Below are positions 29,243-39,889 of a stretch of 43,161 bases of DNA, piece by piece. The notes below the pieces were generated by a model. That model made no database searches, had not been told where the DNA came from, and worked only from the letters and a program-made list of their open reading frames with translations. A program made the translations under genes and the position numbers. This stretch comes from Acaryochloridaceae cyanobacterium RU_4_10 (GTDB lineage: Bacteria > Cyanobacteriota > Cyanobacteriia > Thermosynechococcales > Thermosynechococcaceae), in contig JAAURS010000001.1 in the NCBI GenBank assembly GCA_012032135.1, forward strand, positions 1 to 43,161. Direction: 5' to 3'. Each line of letters starts with the position of its first letter. Position 1 is the first letter of the stretch.

Positions 29243-30774
29243 CTAAAGCCTTCGCCATCGGCGTCCATCTCGGTTGAGCAATTGTTCCGCCTCCTCTGGC
29301 TCCCAAGTTCCAGCTTCGTAGATGGGCATGTTAGCAGGATTGGTAGGGGATTCCCATACCGTGAGAGCAGGAGTGACCACCCGCCAAGCCGCCTCAACTT
29401 CATCGGCACGGGTGAAGAGGGTTTGGTCGCCCATCATGCAGTCTAAAAGGAGGCGATCGTAGGCATCGGAGCTAGTAGCCCCAAAGGATGCACCGTAGCC
29501 AAAATCCATGTTGACCGATCGCGTTCGCAGATCGGGTCCCGGCATTTTGACCTCAAATCGCAATTCAATCCCCTCGTTGGGTTGAATCCGCAGGGTCAAA
29601 ACATTGGGACTCACCTGTTGGGAAGCGGACTGAAAGATTAAAAATGGGACTTCCCGGAAATGAATGGAAATCTCGCTGACTTTCTTAGGCAAGCGTTTCC
29701 CCGTGCGTAGGTAAACGGAACCCCTTGCCAGCGCCAGTTATCAATGAGCAACTTCATCGCCACATAGGTTGGCGTGATGGAACTAGGATCGACCCCTGGC
29801 TCTTCGCGATAGCCTGCTACGGGTTTTCCTTTCATCCAACCCTTGGTGTATTGGCCCCGAATAGCAGAATCTTCTAGGTTGTTGATATCTGCAAGGTGCA
29901 TAGCCTGCAACACTTTGACCTTTTCATTACGGATACTATCTGCATCTAGGGCATTGGGGGGTTCCATTGCGGTTAAGCACAACAATTGCAAGATGTGGTT
30001 TTGGACCATATCTCGCAGCGCACCCGCACTCTCGTAGTACCCCGCCCGATCTTCAACACCCACGGTTTCTGCAACCGTAATCTGGACGTGATCCACAAAC
30101 TGCCGATTCCAGAGCGGTTCAAAAATGGCGTTGGCAAACCGGAAAACCAGCAAATTCTGGACGGTTTCTTTACCCAGATAGTGGTCGATCCGATAGACTT
30201 GATTCTCGCGGCAGACTTTTTGCACCACCGCATTCAGGTTTTGAGCGGATTGCAAATCGCGTCCGAAGGGTTTTTCTATCACCAACCGAGTTTTAGCGCG
30301 GTCCTTCAGCATTCCCGCATTCCCAAGTTGTTGAATGGTCTCTGCAAATAAATTGGGTGACACCGAAAGGTAAAACACCCGATTGCCAAAGGTGCCTCGA
30401 CGACCGTCCAATTCGCTCAAAAATAGATTGAGCTTTTGATAGAAGGTGGGGTCATCCATATTCCCCGCGCAGTAGAACAGCCCTTCCGCAAAACTGTTCC
30501 AGGCATCTTCAGCCTTAATCCCATCCGAAAATTCCTCGACCCCCTGCTTGAGGTGTTCGCGAAAAAATTCATGGCTCCAGTCGCGACGGGCCACACCCAC
30601 GATGGTCAGTTCTCCAGGGAGACGACGCTCTTGCATGAGGTGGTAGATAGCTGGAATTAGCTTCCGCTGGGTCAAATCCCCAGAAGCACCAAAGATGACT
30701 ACAATCTGCGGTTCGGGAATGCGTTCTTGCTGAAGGCCAACGCGCAGCGGATTTTCAAGAAACGTAATTGCCAT
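29243..30774 (-). CDS. zwf: Glucose-6-phosphate 1-dehydrogenase, 1-nt frameshift at ~29714
   Basis: [23 protein letters not shown](YLRTGK) with a T missing from a T-run. The C-terminus is in ORF 29243..29692. Confidence 0.95.
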
Positions 30775-30787
30775 AGGGTTTATCTTC

Positions 30788-31931
30788 TTATACCGTCGCC
30801 AATCGTTGAACCTTGTCTTGGAGAGAACTCAGCAGCGACTCAAAGGGCTGCACAAATTTTACAATCCCGTCTTCCAGTAGCTCCGCCATCACTCGATCGA
30901 GATCGATGTAAATGTCGGGATCGCTCAAGGAGGCGATGACTTGACGCGCTTCGCTAACACCCGTTGCCACTCGATTCTCTACATCACAGTGGTCGGCGCA
31001 AGCTGCAATGGTACTAGGCGGAAGGGTGTTGACGGTGTCTGGCCCAATCAGCTCATCGACGTACATGACGTCACTATAGGCAGGATTTTTGGTGCCCGTG
31101 CTGGCCCATAAAAGCCGTTGGACTTTCGCACCCTTAGCGGAGAGTGCTTTCCAACGATCGCTTTGAATAATTTTGAGATACTCTTGGTAAGCAATTTTTG
31201 CATTTGCGATCGCCACTTTTCCTTCAATCGCTTTCAGACGTTCGACCAACCCAGGATTATCTTTTCCTTCTTTAAGACGGGCCTCAATCACATCGTCAAT
31301 TTTGCTGTCAATTCTGCTTAGGAAGAAGCTAGCAACCGAGGCAATATGGCTGATGTCCTTGCCTTCAGCCACCCGATGCTCTAACCCGCGAATGTAAGCC
31401 CAAGCCGTGTCGATATAGCTTTGCACTGAAAAAAGCAGCGTTACGTTAACGTTGATCCCATCAGCAATGACCTGCTCTACTGCCGGAAGCCCCATAGCCG
31501 TACCGGGAATTTTAATCATCACATTAGGACGGTCGATCGCCTTGTAGTACCGTCGCGCTTCTGCAATGGTGCTTTCAGTATTGTCGGCGATCGTGGGAGG
31601 CACCTCAATGCTGATATAGCCATCCAGCCCTTGGGTTTGGTCGTACACGGGTCTGAAAATATCGCACGCATTGCGAATATCGTCAAAGGTCAGCGACTCA
31701 TAATCTCTAACACCGTATTTTTAGCTTTGATGCCTGCTTCAATATCGGCATCATAGATGGCATTGCCTGCGATCGCCTTTCAAAAATAGCCGGATTGGAC
31801 GTCACCCCGCGAATGCCTTGATTTTCAATGCAATCTTTTAGCGCACCGGACTGGATCAGATCCCGACTCAGGTTATCCATCCAGATACTTTGGCCAAAGT
31901 CCTTAATTTCGAGTAAATGATTGACAGCCAT
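30788..31931 (-). CDS. tal: Transaldolase, frameshifts at ~31779 and ~31702
   Basis: [58 protein letters not shown]. Confidence 0.93.
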
Positions 31932-31972
31932 TGCCCTTCTCCAGCATAGAAAAAACAATCCAACCGATAACC

Positions 31973-33061
31973 TTAAGAATTCAACATCACCCTGTCTCGC
32001 TCATTGAGGCTTTGCTCCTGAATAAACGACTCTACCAGAGCCACGTCCTCTTTGCTGCCAATGATGAGCGGCGTTCGCTGGTGGAGGTGCGTGGGGATCG
32101 CATCTAAAAGAGGCTGCAACCCCGTGCTTGCAGAGCCACCCGCTTGTTCGATTAAAAAAGCCAGCGGCGCAGACTCGTATAAAAGTCTTAGCTTTCCTTC
32201 AGGATCTTTGAGTGTCCCTGGATACAGAAACACGCCACCTTGCAGCAAGATCCGATGAATGTCACCCACCAACGCACCACTATAGCGAGCCGTGTACCCC
32301 TCATGGCGGTGGACGTAACGCGTAAAGTCGCGAATGGCCTCATCCCATTGCCAAAAATTCCCTTCATTCACGCTATAGACGGGACCGTGCTTTGGAATCT
32401 GAATATTTTCAGCGGAGAGAATAAACTCTCCCAAGCTAGGGTCTAAGGTAAAAGCGTGAACCCCCGTTCCAATGGAGTACACCAGCATCGTGCTGGGACC
32501 ATAGAGCACATATCCCGCAGCCAATTGACGGTGCCCCGGTTGAAATAAATCTGCCCCCGTTTGGTCGGGATCGTCACCCGATTGCTGGCGAATGGAAAAA
32601 ATAGACCCTACGTTCAGATTGATATCAACATTAGAAGAACCATCAATGGGGTCGTACAGCAGGGTATAGCGTCCAATGGGGCAGTTTTCTGGAATGTAAT
32701 AGGGTTTTTCCATTTCTTCAGAAGCCAACCGACAGACCAATCCGCTTTGCTTGAAGACTGCTATAAACACTTCATTTGCAAAGAGATCCATCTTTTTAAC
32801 GGCCTCTCCCTGAACATTGATGTCGCCTGTAAACCCCAAAGCCCCTTCTACTAAACCCGCGCGACTTAACCGACGGGAAATGAGTTTTGCGGCCAGTGCA
32901 ATGCGGCTCATCAATGCGCTCAAATCTTGGGCATCTGGACCAAAACTCTGAAGCTGTTGAAGGACATGCCGCGAGAGGGTTGTACAGTCTCGGTCTAAAG
33001 CGTAGTCGTAGGATAGTTCCAGTGAAGCTGTATCTGAATCTGCCATAGTCTCTATCTCCAT
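31973..33061 (-). CDS. fbp: Class 1 fructose-1,6-bisphosphatase
   Basis: [40 protein letters not shown]. Confidence 0.95.
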   Translation of the reverse strand: MEIETMADSDTASLELSYDYALDRDCTTLSRHVLQQLQSFGPDAQDLSALMSRIALAAKLISRRLSRAGLVEGALGFTGDINVQGEAVKKMDLFANEVFIAVFKQSGLVCRLASEEMEKPYYIPENCPIGRYTLLYDPIDGSSNVDINLNVGSIFSIRQQSGDDPDQTGADLFQPGHRQLAAGYVLYGPSTMLVYSIGTGVHAFTLDPSLGEFILSAENIQIPKHGPVYSVNEGNFWQWDEAIRDFTRYVHRHEGYTARYSGALVGDIHRILLQGGVFLYPGTLKDPEGKLRLLYESAPLAFLIEQAGGSASTGLQPLLDAIPTHLHQRTPLIIGSKEDVALVESFIQEQSLNERDRVMLNS

Positions 33062-33207
33062 TCAGATGTGCGATCGGGAAAACTCTCCTGTTGCGTTGAG
33101 CATAGCCGCTCCCTTCTATCTTAAGAAGCTGGCCTGAGAAGCGACTTAGACTTTGACGGAAATATAGAAAGGCTTTAGATTTCGCAATGTTTTAGGATGT
33201 ATCTGCT

Positions 33208-34934
33208 TTAGTCAACCTCGTCAAGCAACCGAGTCAAGGTGTCTAAGAGGTGAGCGGTTTGTACTTCATCTTGTGCGGCGATCGCAGCTTCAACTTGTTT
33301 CACAACATCACTCAACGCCTCTGCTTTGTCTGGCTCAAGGGTTTCCAAGACACTGTAGGCTTCATCTAGTAATTCTGACGGCGTCAACTCAACATCATCC
33401 GCCGCCATCAATGCATCCATCTCAAATAACGATTCGATGTTAGATCTGGCCTGGGTTAACTCATGGCTTGATAGGCGCGTGGTTTCGGTATCGTTCACCA
33501 CCAGCGTTGTTTGTTGCCCTTCTCCTTTCTCAGTGGCCGTCACCGTCAAAATACCATTGTGATCGAAGTCAAAATGAACTTCAAGCTGAATATCCCCAGC
33601 AGGTCTGTGCGGAAGGTTTTCAACCCGAAACTCCCCAAGTGGAACGTTTTCCCTAGCAATCGCATTCTCTCCTTGATAAACCTCAACTTGTACGACTTCC
33701 TGGTTATCCACCATCGTGGAATAGACCTGAGAACGCGATACGGGAATGACACTATTGCGAGGAATAATGGTGCTAAACAGTCCAGGAATGGTTCCCATCT
33801 GCGTATCCATCGCCACAGCAATGCCCAAGGAATGGGGAATCACATCCACTAAAATAGCCTCAACCGACTCCCCAGAAAGAACACCCGCTTGAATGCCTGC
33901 GCCTAAAGCCACACAAAGATCGGGTTGGATGCCATCAATAGGAGCTTGGCCTAAATGATTCTCAACCAAATGCTGAACGAGAGGAATACGGGTTGAACCG
34001 CCCACTAAAATGACCCGATTGAGGTCATCGGGTTTCAAATTTGCATCGCTCAGGGCTCGATCGATGGCCTGGAGGGTTTCCTCAATCATCGGCTCAATCA
34101 AATCTTCAAAGGTTTGCGCGCAATTTCAATTTCTAGATGCAGGGCTGTTTTACCTTGGCTGACTAAAAAGGGTTCGCGAACCGTGGTAAACGCATGTTCG
34201 CTCAGGGACATCTTGGCCTGTTCTGCCGCCCGTAATAAGCGGGCTTCAGTAACCGCATCCTCGGGCAGGGCGGTGTTATGAGTTTGGCGAAATCGATCGA
34301 CTAAATATCGCTGGAGCCGCAGATCAAAATCATCCCCACCCAACCGATTGTTGCCGTGGCTGGCCAAAACTTCAGTAACATCTCCAGTGATTTCTACAAT
34401 CGAAACATCAAAGGTTCCACCGCCTAAGTCATAGACCAGAATCTTCTCCGTTTCTTCCGTCCGAAAATCATAGGTCAAGGCCGCCGCCGTCGGTTCGTTC
34501 AGGACTTGCAGCACCTCGAATCCGGCAATTTCTCCAGCTTCTTTGGTGGCTTGACGCTGGGAATCAGTGAAGTAAGCGGGGACGGTGACCACAGCCTGGG
34601 ACACTTCTTCACCCAAGGCAGTCTCTGCCCTCTGCTTTAAGGTCTTTAGAATAATGGCTGAAATTTCCTGGGGAAGGTACTCTTTTTCTCCTAGCGTCGT
34701 TTTGTGGTCAGTTCCCATTTGTCGCTTGATGGACTTAACCGTACGCTCCGGTGCTGCGGCATATTGGCGGAGCGCATCACGGCCCACCAATAGATTGCCC
34801 TGGGTCCCCAAACCCACGCAAGAGGGCAACATCAATTCCCCTTCTTCATCTGGAATCACCCAAGGTTGACCTGCATCAATGGCAGCTACAACTGAATTGG
34901 TCGTTCCTAAATCAATGCCAACTGCCTTACCCAT
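33208..34934 (-). CDS. Divergent Hsp70 family protein (~575 aa, short lid), 1-nt frameshift at ~34110
   Basis: GIDLGTTNS, VTVPAYF, NEPTAAAL, DLGGGTFDVS, LGGDDFD, VGGSTRIP, linker ILVDVIPHSLG, VYQGE. Confidence 0.9.
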
Positions 34935-34983
34935 GCTGACCTCAATTAATGTTTAGTGCTTTGTCCCCCTACTCTGTAGATAT

Positions 34984-35550
34984 TTAGGGGTCGTCGGTCG
35001 ATTGTGTTGAAACAATGACCTGCGCTTCACGTAAGATTCGATCTTGCCACAGATACCCTCGGACCACTTCTCGGACAATGGTATTGGCTGCAACGCTGTC
35101 GCTTTCTTGACGGCCCAAAGCATACATTCGCTCGGGATCGAAGGGTTTCCCTAGAGCCTCTAAGGGAACCACCTGACGTTGGTGCAACACCTCTAACAGC
35201 GATCGCCGAATCATTTCCACCCCGTCCCGCGCACTGCCCACAACCTCAACCATTGAATCGGTTGGTGAGCCTTGAGCGAACGCTGTTTGGGAATCATGGG
35301 GTTGTTTCCCAAAGTAGGTTTGCAGATGGGTACACCATTGCCCAAATCGTTGCCGCATCGACGGTTTAGAGAGTGAAGCTGACGTTCTGATGGGGATGGG
35401 TTGGGGTTGATACGCTTGCTCTGCGTTTTGCCAGTGGTCGCAGGCGTGGTCAAGGGCATCTAAGACTCCTAAGAGATCCTTAAATAAGCGCTCTTGTTCT
35501 TTTTGAAGTTGAATTTTTTGAGCGGCTAATTCTCTCGGCGATAGGGTCAT
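34984..35550 (-). CDS. GrpE-like nucleotide exchange factor (divergent)
   Basis: LL.VLDAL..A and G.PFDPERM.A...VVRGY.W.DRILREAQVIV. Carries an internal insertion. Confidence 0.85.
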   Translation of the reverse strand: MTLSPRELAAQKIQLQKEQERLFKDLLGVLDALDHACDHWQNAEQAYQPQPIPIRTSASLSKPSMRQRFGQWCTHLQTYFGKQPHDSQTAFAQGSPTDSMVEVVGSARDGVEMIRRSLLEVLHQRQVVPLEALGKPFDPERMYALGRQESDSVAANTIVREVVRGYLWQDRILREAQVIVSTQSTDDP

Positions 35551-35570
35551 GACGATCTCTAACCAATCCT

Positions 35571-35876
35571 TTAAAACGTCAGGCGCATCAACTCTTCTAA
35601 GGTTACTTCAACTTGGGCGATCGCCTGTTGCCTTAGCCGTGCAATCTGGGCGGGGTCAAATTCTGCCGTCTCATTTTCAGGGATAAACACGGGTTCATCT
35701 GCGAGATTCTTGCCACCTTTGCGAAGCACTTCATAGGCCGCTCGAATCGCCTTAAATTCCTGGGGATGGGTATGGGCCGGAAACTCACGCAACTTTAAGT
35801 GATAGGCAGCCTTAATTTCTTCCGGGGTTGCCGTTGGAGTAAGCCCTAGGCGATCGTAATGTTCTTGCATCTGCAT
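35571..35876 (-). CDS. Small J-domain-like protein lacking HPD
   Basis: HYDRLGL...AT.EEIKAAY..KLREFPAHTHPQEFKAIRAAYEVL. Confidence 0.8.
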   Translation of the reverse strand: MQMQEHYDRLGLTPTATPEEIKAAYHLKLREFPAHTHPQEFKAIRAAYEVLRKGGKNLADEPVFIPENETAEFDPAQIARLRQQAIAQVEVTLEELMRLTF

Positions 35877-35901
35877 TTATCCCATCGGTTTGCAATTGAA
35901 G

Positions 35902-38394
35902 TTATCTTCTGCGTCTCGATCCTTTCTTGGGGCGAGAAGGCGGAGGACCAAACGGGGCACCAAACCCAAAAGGATCCATACCAAAGAAATCATCGTCTTC
36001 ATCATCGTCAAAGCCAGACATTTCATTAGCCATCATCCGTTTTAGCTCAGGCAACATTAGTTCCAAAACTGCTGGGGGCACATCTTTTCCAAACATCTTT
36101 TGGGCCAGTTTTCGTAAAATAGCATCCATATCAGGACCACCCGACCTCCCAAAATTCATGAGATCGGGGAAAATGTCTTGGGCCATGAAGCCAGCTTGGA
36201 AGGCTTCTTCTTCTCTAAAGGCTTGCAGGGCCTGGGCATCTTGCAAGCGCCGTGCCAGTTCAAATCCTTGCTCCCGGAACTGAGTATAGTCTTTGCTTTC
36301 AAGCGGAAACAGGGTGGCCTTGGCCAACAGAAGCTGAGGATTTTGAGGTTCCCGACGCAGGGCATCCTCAATAAAAGATTTGAGCAGGTCTGTTTGGACA
36401 AACTTACGCGCTTGAAGCTGAATCTTGGCGAGGGCAGTTCCTGGTTGGGTGGCAGAAGCCAGATAGATTTGGAGCATAGGTCGCAAACGCTCAATGGTTA
36501 GACCTTTCACTACTGACAACACAATATTGGCTTCCTTGGCCTCAAGATAGTCATCACTCAGCGCAATGAGCTGGTTGCGATAGTCATCCATCAAAGCTGC
36601 AAGCCCCTTTTTGCGTTTGGCAAATAACTCCATAGATAGAATAATCGCCTGCAAGACTGAAATTTGACTTTGAGAGGGCTGAGCTTGAAGGAGGATATCC
36701 CACCCTTTTTTTGCTTGGGACTGATCTAAAGTGATGCGATTGTTTTTTAGATCGCCATCTGCGGCTTTTGCAAAAATACGACAGGCTTGGAGCGCCGGAT
36801 CTTTATCTGTTTTCTCTAGGGACAATTGCTCAAAGACTCTATAGTTTTGAGTGGCCAAGACCTCAACCCAGGCTGGGAGTTCAAACTCTAGCCCGGTTCC
36901 CATATCTCCAAACTTCTGACCAAAACGTTGCTGTATGGTTTTGAGAGCTGCGCGATCGCCAATGTCATTGAGACAATTCAGTAAAGCTTCGTAAACCTCA
37001 GGATGGGTACAGCCTTCTTCTAAAGCCTGAGTGAGCATAGGGATAGCTTGTTTAGCCCCCTCTTGTATGCGAATTTTTAGTCCTTTCCGACCTTTAATTT
37101 CTGGCGATGCCGGAAAGATGCGTTCGGCTTCCTGGACGGTTTTGAATGCCTTTTCTGGTTGACGCATGGCCATAAAATTATCCGCCAACTTACAAAGCAA
37201 GTTAGTTTGAATTCTGGGCAGGCGTGGCTCTGGCCAATCTTGGGGATTTTTCTTGGCCTCTTGCTTGAGCCATTCAATCAACCGGTTCAACAAACGCTCG
37301 CGATCGCGGTAGGACTCATTTTCATCGTAAATGTGTTGGAGCTTGTAGGCTAATTGGGGATTAAAGGGGAATAGAGACAGTGCCTCAGCCCATAATATTT
37401 CAGTAGCATCCAGGTCTCCGTCTTTCAAGCACTGTTCCCCAGCCATCCTGAGAACAGGCTCATAGAGTTCATTAAGCTCTGGGAATGCACGACAGGGATG
37501 ACCCAGTTCAAACAAGACATCACCCGCACGAGAAAAATCTTGAGCATCAATGGATTGGAGCAAGTCTAGACACAGAACAATGTCTCGCTGCGGCAAATCT
37601 TTTTGGTCCAGATCCAGGACATCGGAGAAGGGTTGTTTTGTACCAACGGCCTGCATGACAGCCAAGCGTTGCATGGCTGGATGCTTGGGGAAGGTAGGAC
37701 TGAATTGAAACATACTAAATGCCTTAGGGGAACGAATCCCCAGATGGCTTCCCGCTTGAGCCCAATTTCCGGCTTGTTGGTGCGTGTACGCTATCCAAGC
37801 AGAGGGTGAATCACCAGGGGTGGCGGGTCTCCCCATTTTTTGAAAGTGGGCAAGGGCTTCTTTAAAGTCTTTGGCCTGTAAAGCCAGCATCCCTCTTGCC
37901 CAATGGACTTGGGGCATTAGAAATCGTTTGGTTTGTTTGGAGATCAGTTCAGTAACCGTTGCGCTGTCACCCTGATGAAATAAAAGTTTTAGGTAACAGC
38001 CGGCATATTCTTTGGGTAAAACTTTGCTCTCAAAGGCGGTGCGGATTTCTGTGAGGGCTTCATCAAATTGCCCTAGAGCCAAAAGACTTTTGGCAACCCA
38101 ATAGTGTGCTTCGCCCGCTAGTCCTAGGTTCAACGCTTGACGAAAGGAAGAGCCTGCTTGGCGATAATTCTTTTGATTGAATTCCTGCCTGCCTTGCAGA
38201 ATCCAAATTTCTGCCTCAGAAGGACTGATTTGAATGTCTGGATGAGTCTGACGAATTTGCTTAAATCGATCTAATGCTTGGCGATATTTCTTCTGTTGTA
38301 CGAACGTTTGCAGTTGGGCTTGAAGTCTCTCTTGTGCTGAGACCGGACCTTTAGAAAGTGCTTTGTGCTCTTGAAGGGAACGTCGCTTACCCAC
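35902..38394 (-). CDS. Large TPR/alpha-solenoid protein
   Basis: Multiple TPR-like helices (EAHYWVAKSLLALG, VHWARGMLAL) and a low-complexity acidic, G/F-rich, basic C-tail. Confidence 0.8.
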   Translation of the reverse strand: MGKRRSLQEHKALSKGPVSAQERLQAQLQTFVQQKKYRQALDRFKQIRQTHPDIQISPSEAEIWILQGRQEFNQKNYRQAGSSFRQALNLGLAGEAHYWVAKSLLALGQFDEALTEIRTAFESKVLPKEYAGCYLKLLFHQGDSATVTELISKQTKRFLMPQVHWARGMLALQAKDFKEALAHFQKMGRPATPGDSPSAWIAYTHQQAGNWAQAGSHLGIRSPKAFSMFQFSPTFPKHPAMQRLAVMQAVGTKQPFSDVLDLDQKDLPQRDIVLCLDLLQSIDAQDFSRAGDVLFELGHPCRAFPELNELYEPVLRMAGEQCLKDGDLDATEILWAEALSLFPFNPQLAYKLQHIYDENESYRDRERLLNRLIEWLKQEAKKNPQDWPEPRLPRIQTNLLCKLADNFMAMRQPEKAFKTVQEAERIFPASPEIKGRKGLKIRIQEGAKQAIPMLTQALEEGCTHPEVYEALLNCLNDIGDRAALKTIQQRFGQKFGDMGTGLEFELPAWVEVLATQNYRVFEQLSLEKTDKDPALQACRIFAKAADGDLKNNRITLDQSQAKKGWDILLQAQPSQSQISVLQAIILSMELFAKRKKGLAALMDDYRNQLIALSDDYLEAKEANIVLSVVKGLTIERLRPMLQIYLASATQPGTALAKIQLQARKFVQTDLLKSFIEDALRREPQNPQLLLAKATLFPLESKDYTQFREQGFELARRLQDAQALQAFREEEAFQAGFMAQDIFPDLMNFGRSGGPDMDAILRKLAQKMFGKDVPPAVLELMLPELKRMMANEMSGFDDDEDDDFFGMDPFGFGAPFGPPPSRPKKGSRRRR

Positions 38395-38498
38395 AATGAT
38401 CTCGACTGAATAGTTTTTCTTAAGCCATTAAAGGACCAGTCTAAAAGATAAATGCCTAGCAAGGCTTTAAATTTTTTGAGGATTTAAAGTGAATTTAA

Positions 38499-38571
38499 AG
38501 CTCCTGATGTGACTCGAACACACGACTTCTTCATTACGAGTGAAGCGCTCTACCAACTGAGCTACAGGAGC
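38499..38571 (-). tRNA. tRNA-Thr(CGT)
   Basis: GCTCCTG/CAGGAGC acceptor stem, D-arm AGCTCAGTTGGTAGAGC, anticodon arm CTTCA-CTCGTAA-TGAAG, TTCGA T-loop. CCA not encoded. Confidence 0.95.
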
Positions 38572-38613
38572 AGGTCTTTTATTATATTCAGTTGATGGTC
38601 AAAACTCAAGAGA

Positions 38614-38637
38614 CCCTCATCGTTATACTGATGAGGG
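38614..38637. terminator. Stem-loop after the PIN/TRAM gene
   Basis: CCCTCATC-N8-GATGAGGG, about 10 nt after the stop. No clear U-tract on the minus strand. Confidence 0.35.
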
Positions 38638-38646
38638 AAAGCCACT

Positions 38647-39725
38647 TTAGGCCGAAGTTGCGATTTTGAGACGGGCGAAAATCATCCGCCCTGCGGAGGT
38701 TTGTAAGGCACTGGTGACCACAACGGGTAACTCATCGCCAATATGGGTGCTGCCTTCTTCCACCACAACCATTGTTCCATCTTCAAGGTAGCCCACACCT
38801 TGGTCTGGTTCTTTGCCTTCTTTGAGAATTTTAAGGTCTAGACTATCGCCGGGGAGATAGACGGGTCTGAGGAATTGAGCCAAGTCGTTAACGTTGAGGA
38901 CTTGGACTTTTTGGAGACTCGCCACTTTATTCAGGTTGTAGTCCGTGGTAACCAGGTTGCCATTGATGTCTTGGGCTAAGCGAACCAGTTTTGCATCGAC
39001 GGTGGCGACATCGTCATAATCAGCTGGATTGATGATGATGCGCTGCGGGTGGGTCTCTTGCAGTCGATTCAGGATATCCAGTCCGCGACGTCCCCGCGAT
39101 CGCTTTTGGTCATTGGAGGAATCTGCAATTTTTTGTAACTCCTGGAGGACGAATTGGGGGACTAGAATTTGCCCTTCTAAGAAACCCGTGTTCACCAAAA
39201 ATTCAACTCGACCGTCAATAATACAGCTTGTATCTAGAATCTTGGCGGGGGCTGGCTTGAGGGTTCCCTCCGCTAAGAGGGTAGTTTCCATTGAGTTGGG
39301 GTTCAGGAGTCGGAGAAGAGTGCGCCCGTGAGTATCGGCCAAGTTGAGTCCTGAATAAGCAAAAATCAAACTGCCAAAGAGAGCGGTGATAGGCTTGAGA
39401 AATGCAAATTCAGACGGGATGGGCAAGAAAAAAATAGGCGCTAGCATGAGATTGGCAATGACCAAACCCAATACCAGACCTACAGAACGACTGATGAGGG
39501 TTTCCGTAGGGAGTTTTTGGTAGCCTTTTCTAGACGACGGTAGGCTGCTTGTACGACCAACCCAATACCAACACCCAGCAAAGCACCAAAGGTTAACGTG
39601 ACCCAGCGTAGCCCTTCTAGGTTGGCAACTTGAGACAGTACATCAAAGGGCAGTAAGTCCACACTCTGAAATCCAACTGCTGCTCCCACTAAGATAAGGG
39701 TCAGGATGATAATGGCATCAATCAT
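38647..39725 (-). CDS. Membrane PIN/TRAM domain protein (YacL/Ycf81), frameshift at ~39518
   Basis: ILDTSCIIDGR, RGRRGLDIL, TDYNLNKVA, GVGYLEDGTMVVVE, LQTSAGRMIFA. The N-terminal TM part is in ORF 39480..39725. Confidence 0.9.
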
Positions 39726-39889
39726 TGCAGTCTGCGCTCTGAATTTGCGTCGGGTCTTGGGGTAAAGACTGAAACACGTTTTGATAAATGGGAATGACCC
39801 ATGCCCTTCATTATACTTTCTTGGTTTGGACGACTTATCAATGGGTTTGACGCTTTGAAGGAATAAGAATTATCACGAGTATTAATTAT

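Noticed and set aside
33062-38571. Chaperone operon as a tRNA-Thr integrative island
   Set aside because: No integrase, and no duplicated tRNA 3' end found near 33100-33200. HIP1 sites are present as in host DNA.
14378-39725. Programmed frameshifting or genome decay in murJ, zwf, tal and others
   Set aside because: Indels are scattered, mostly in homopolymers of conserved housekeeping genes. Sequencing error is more parsimonious.
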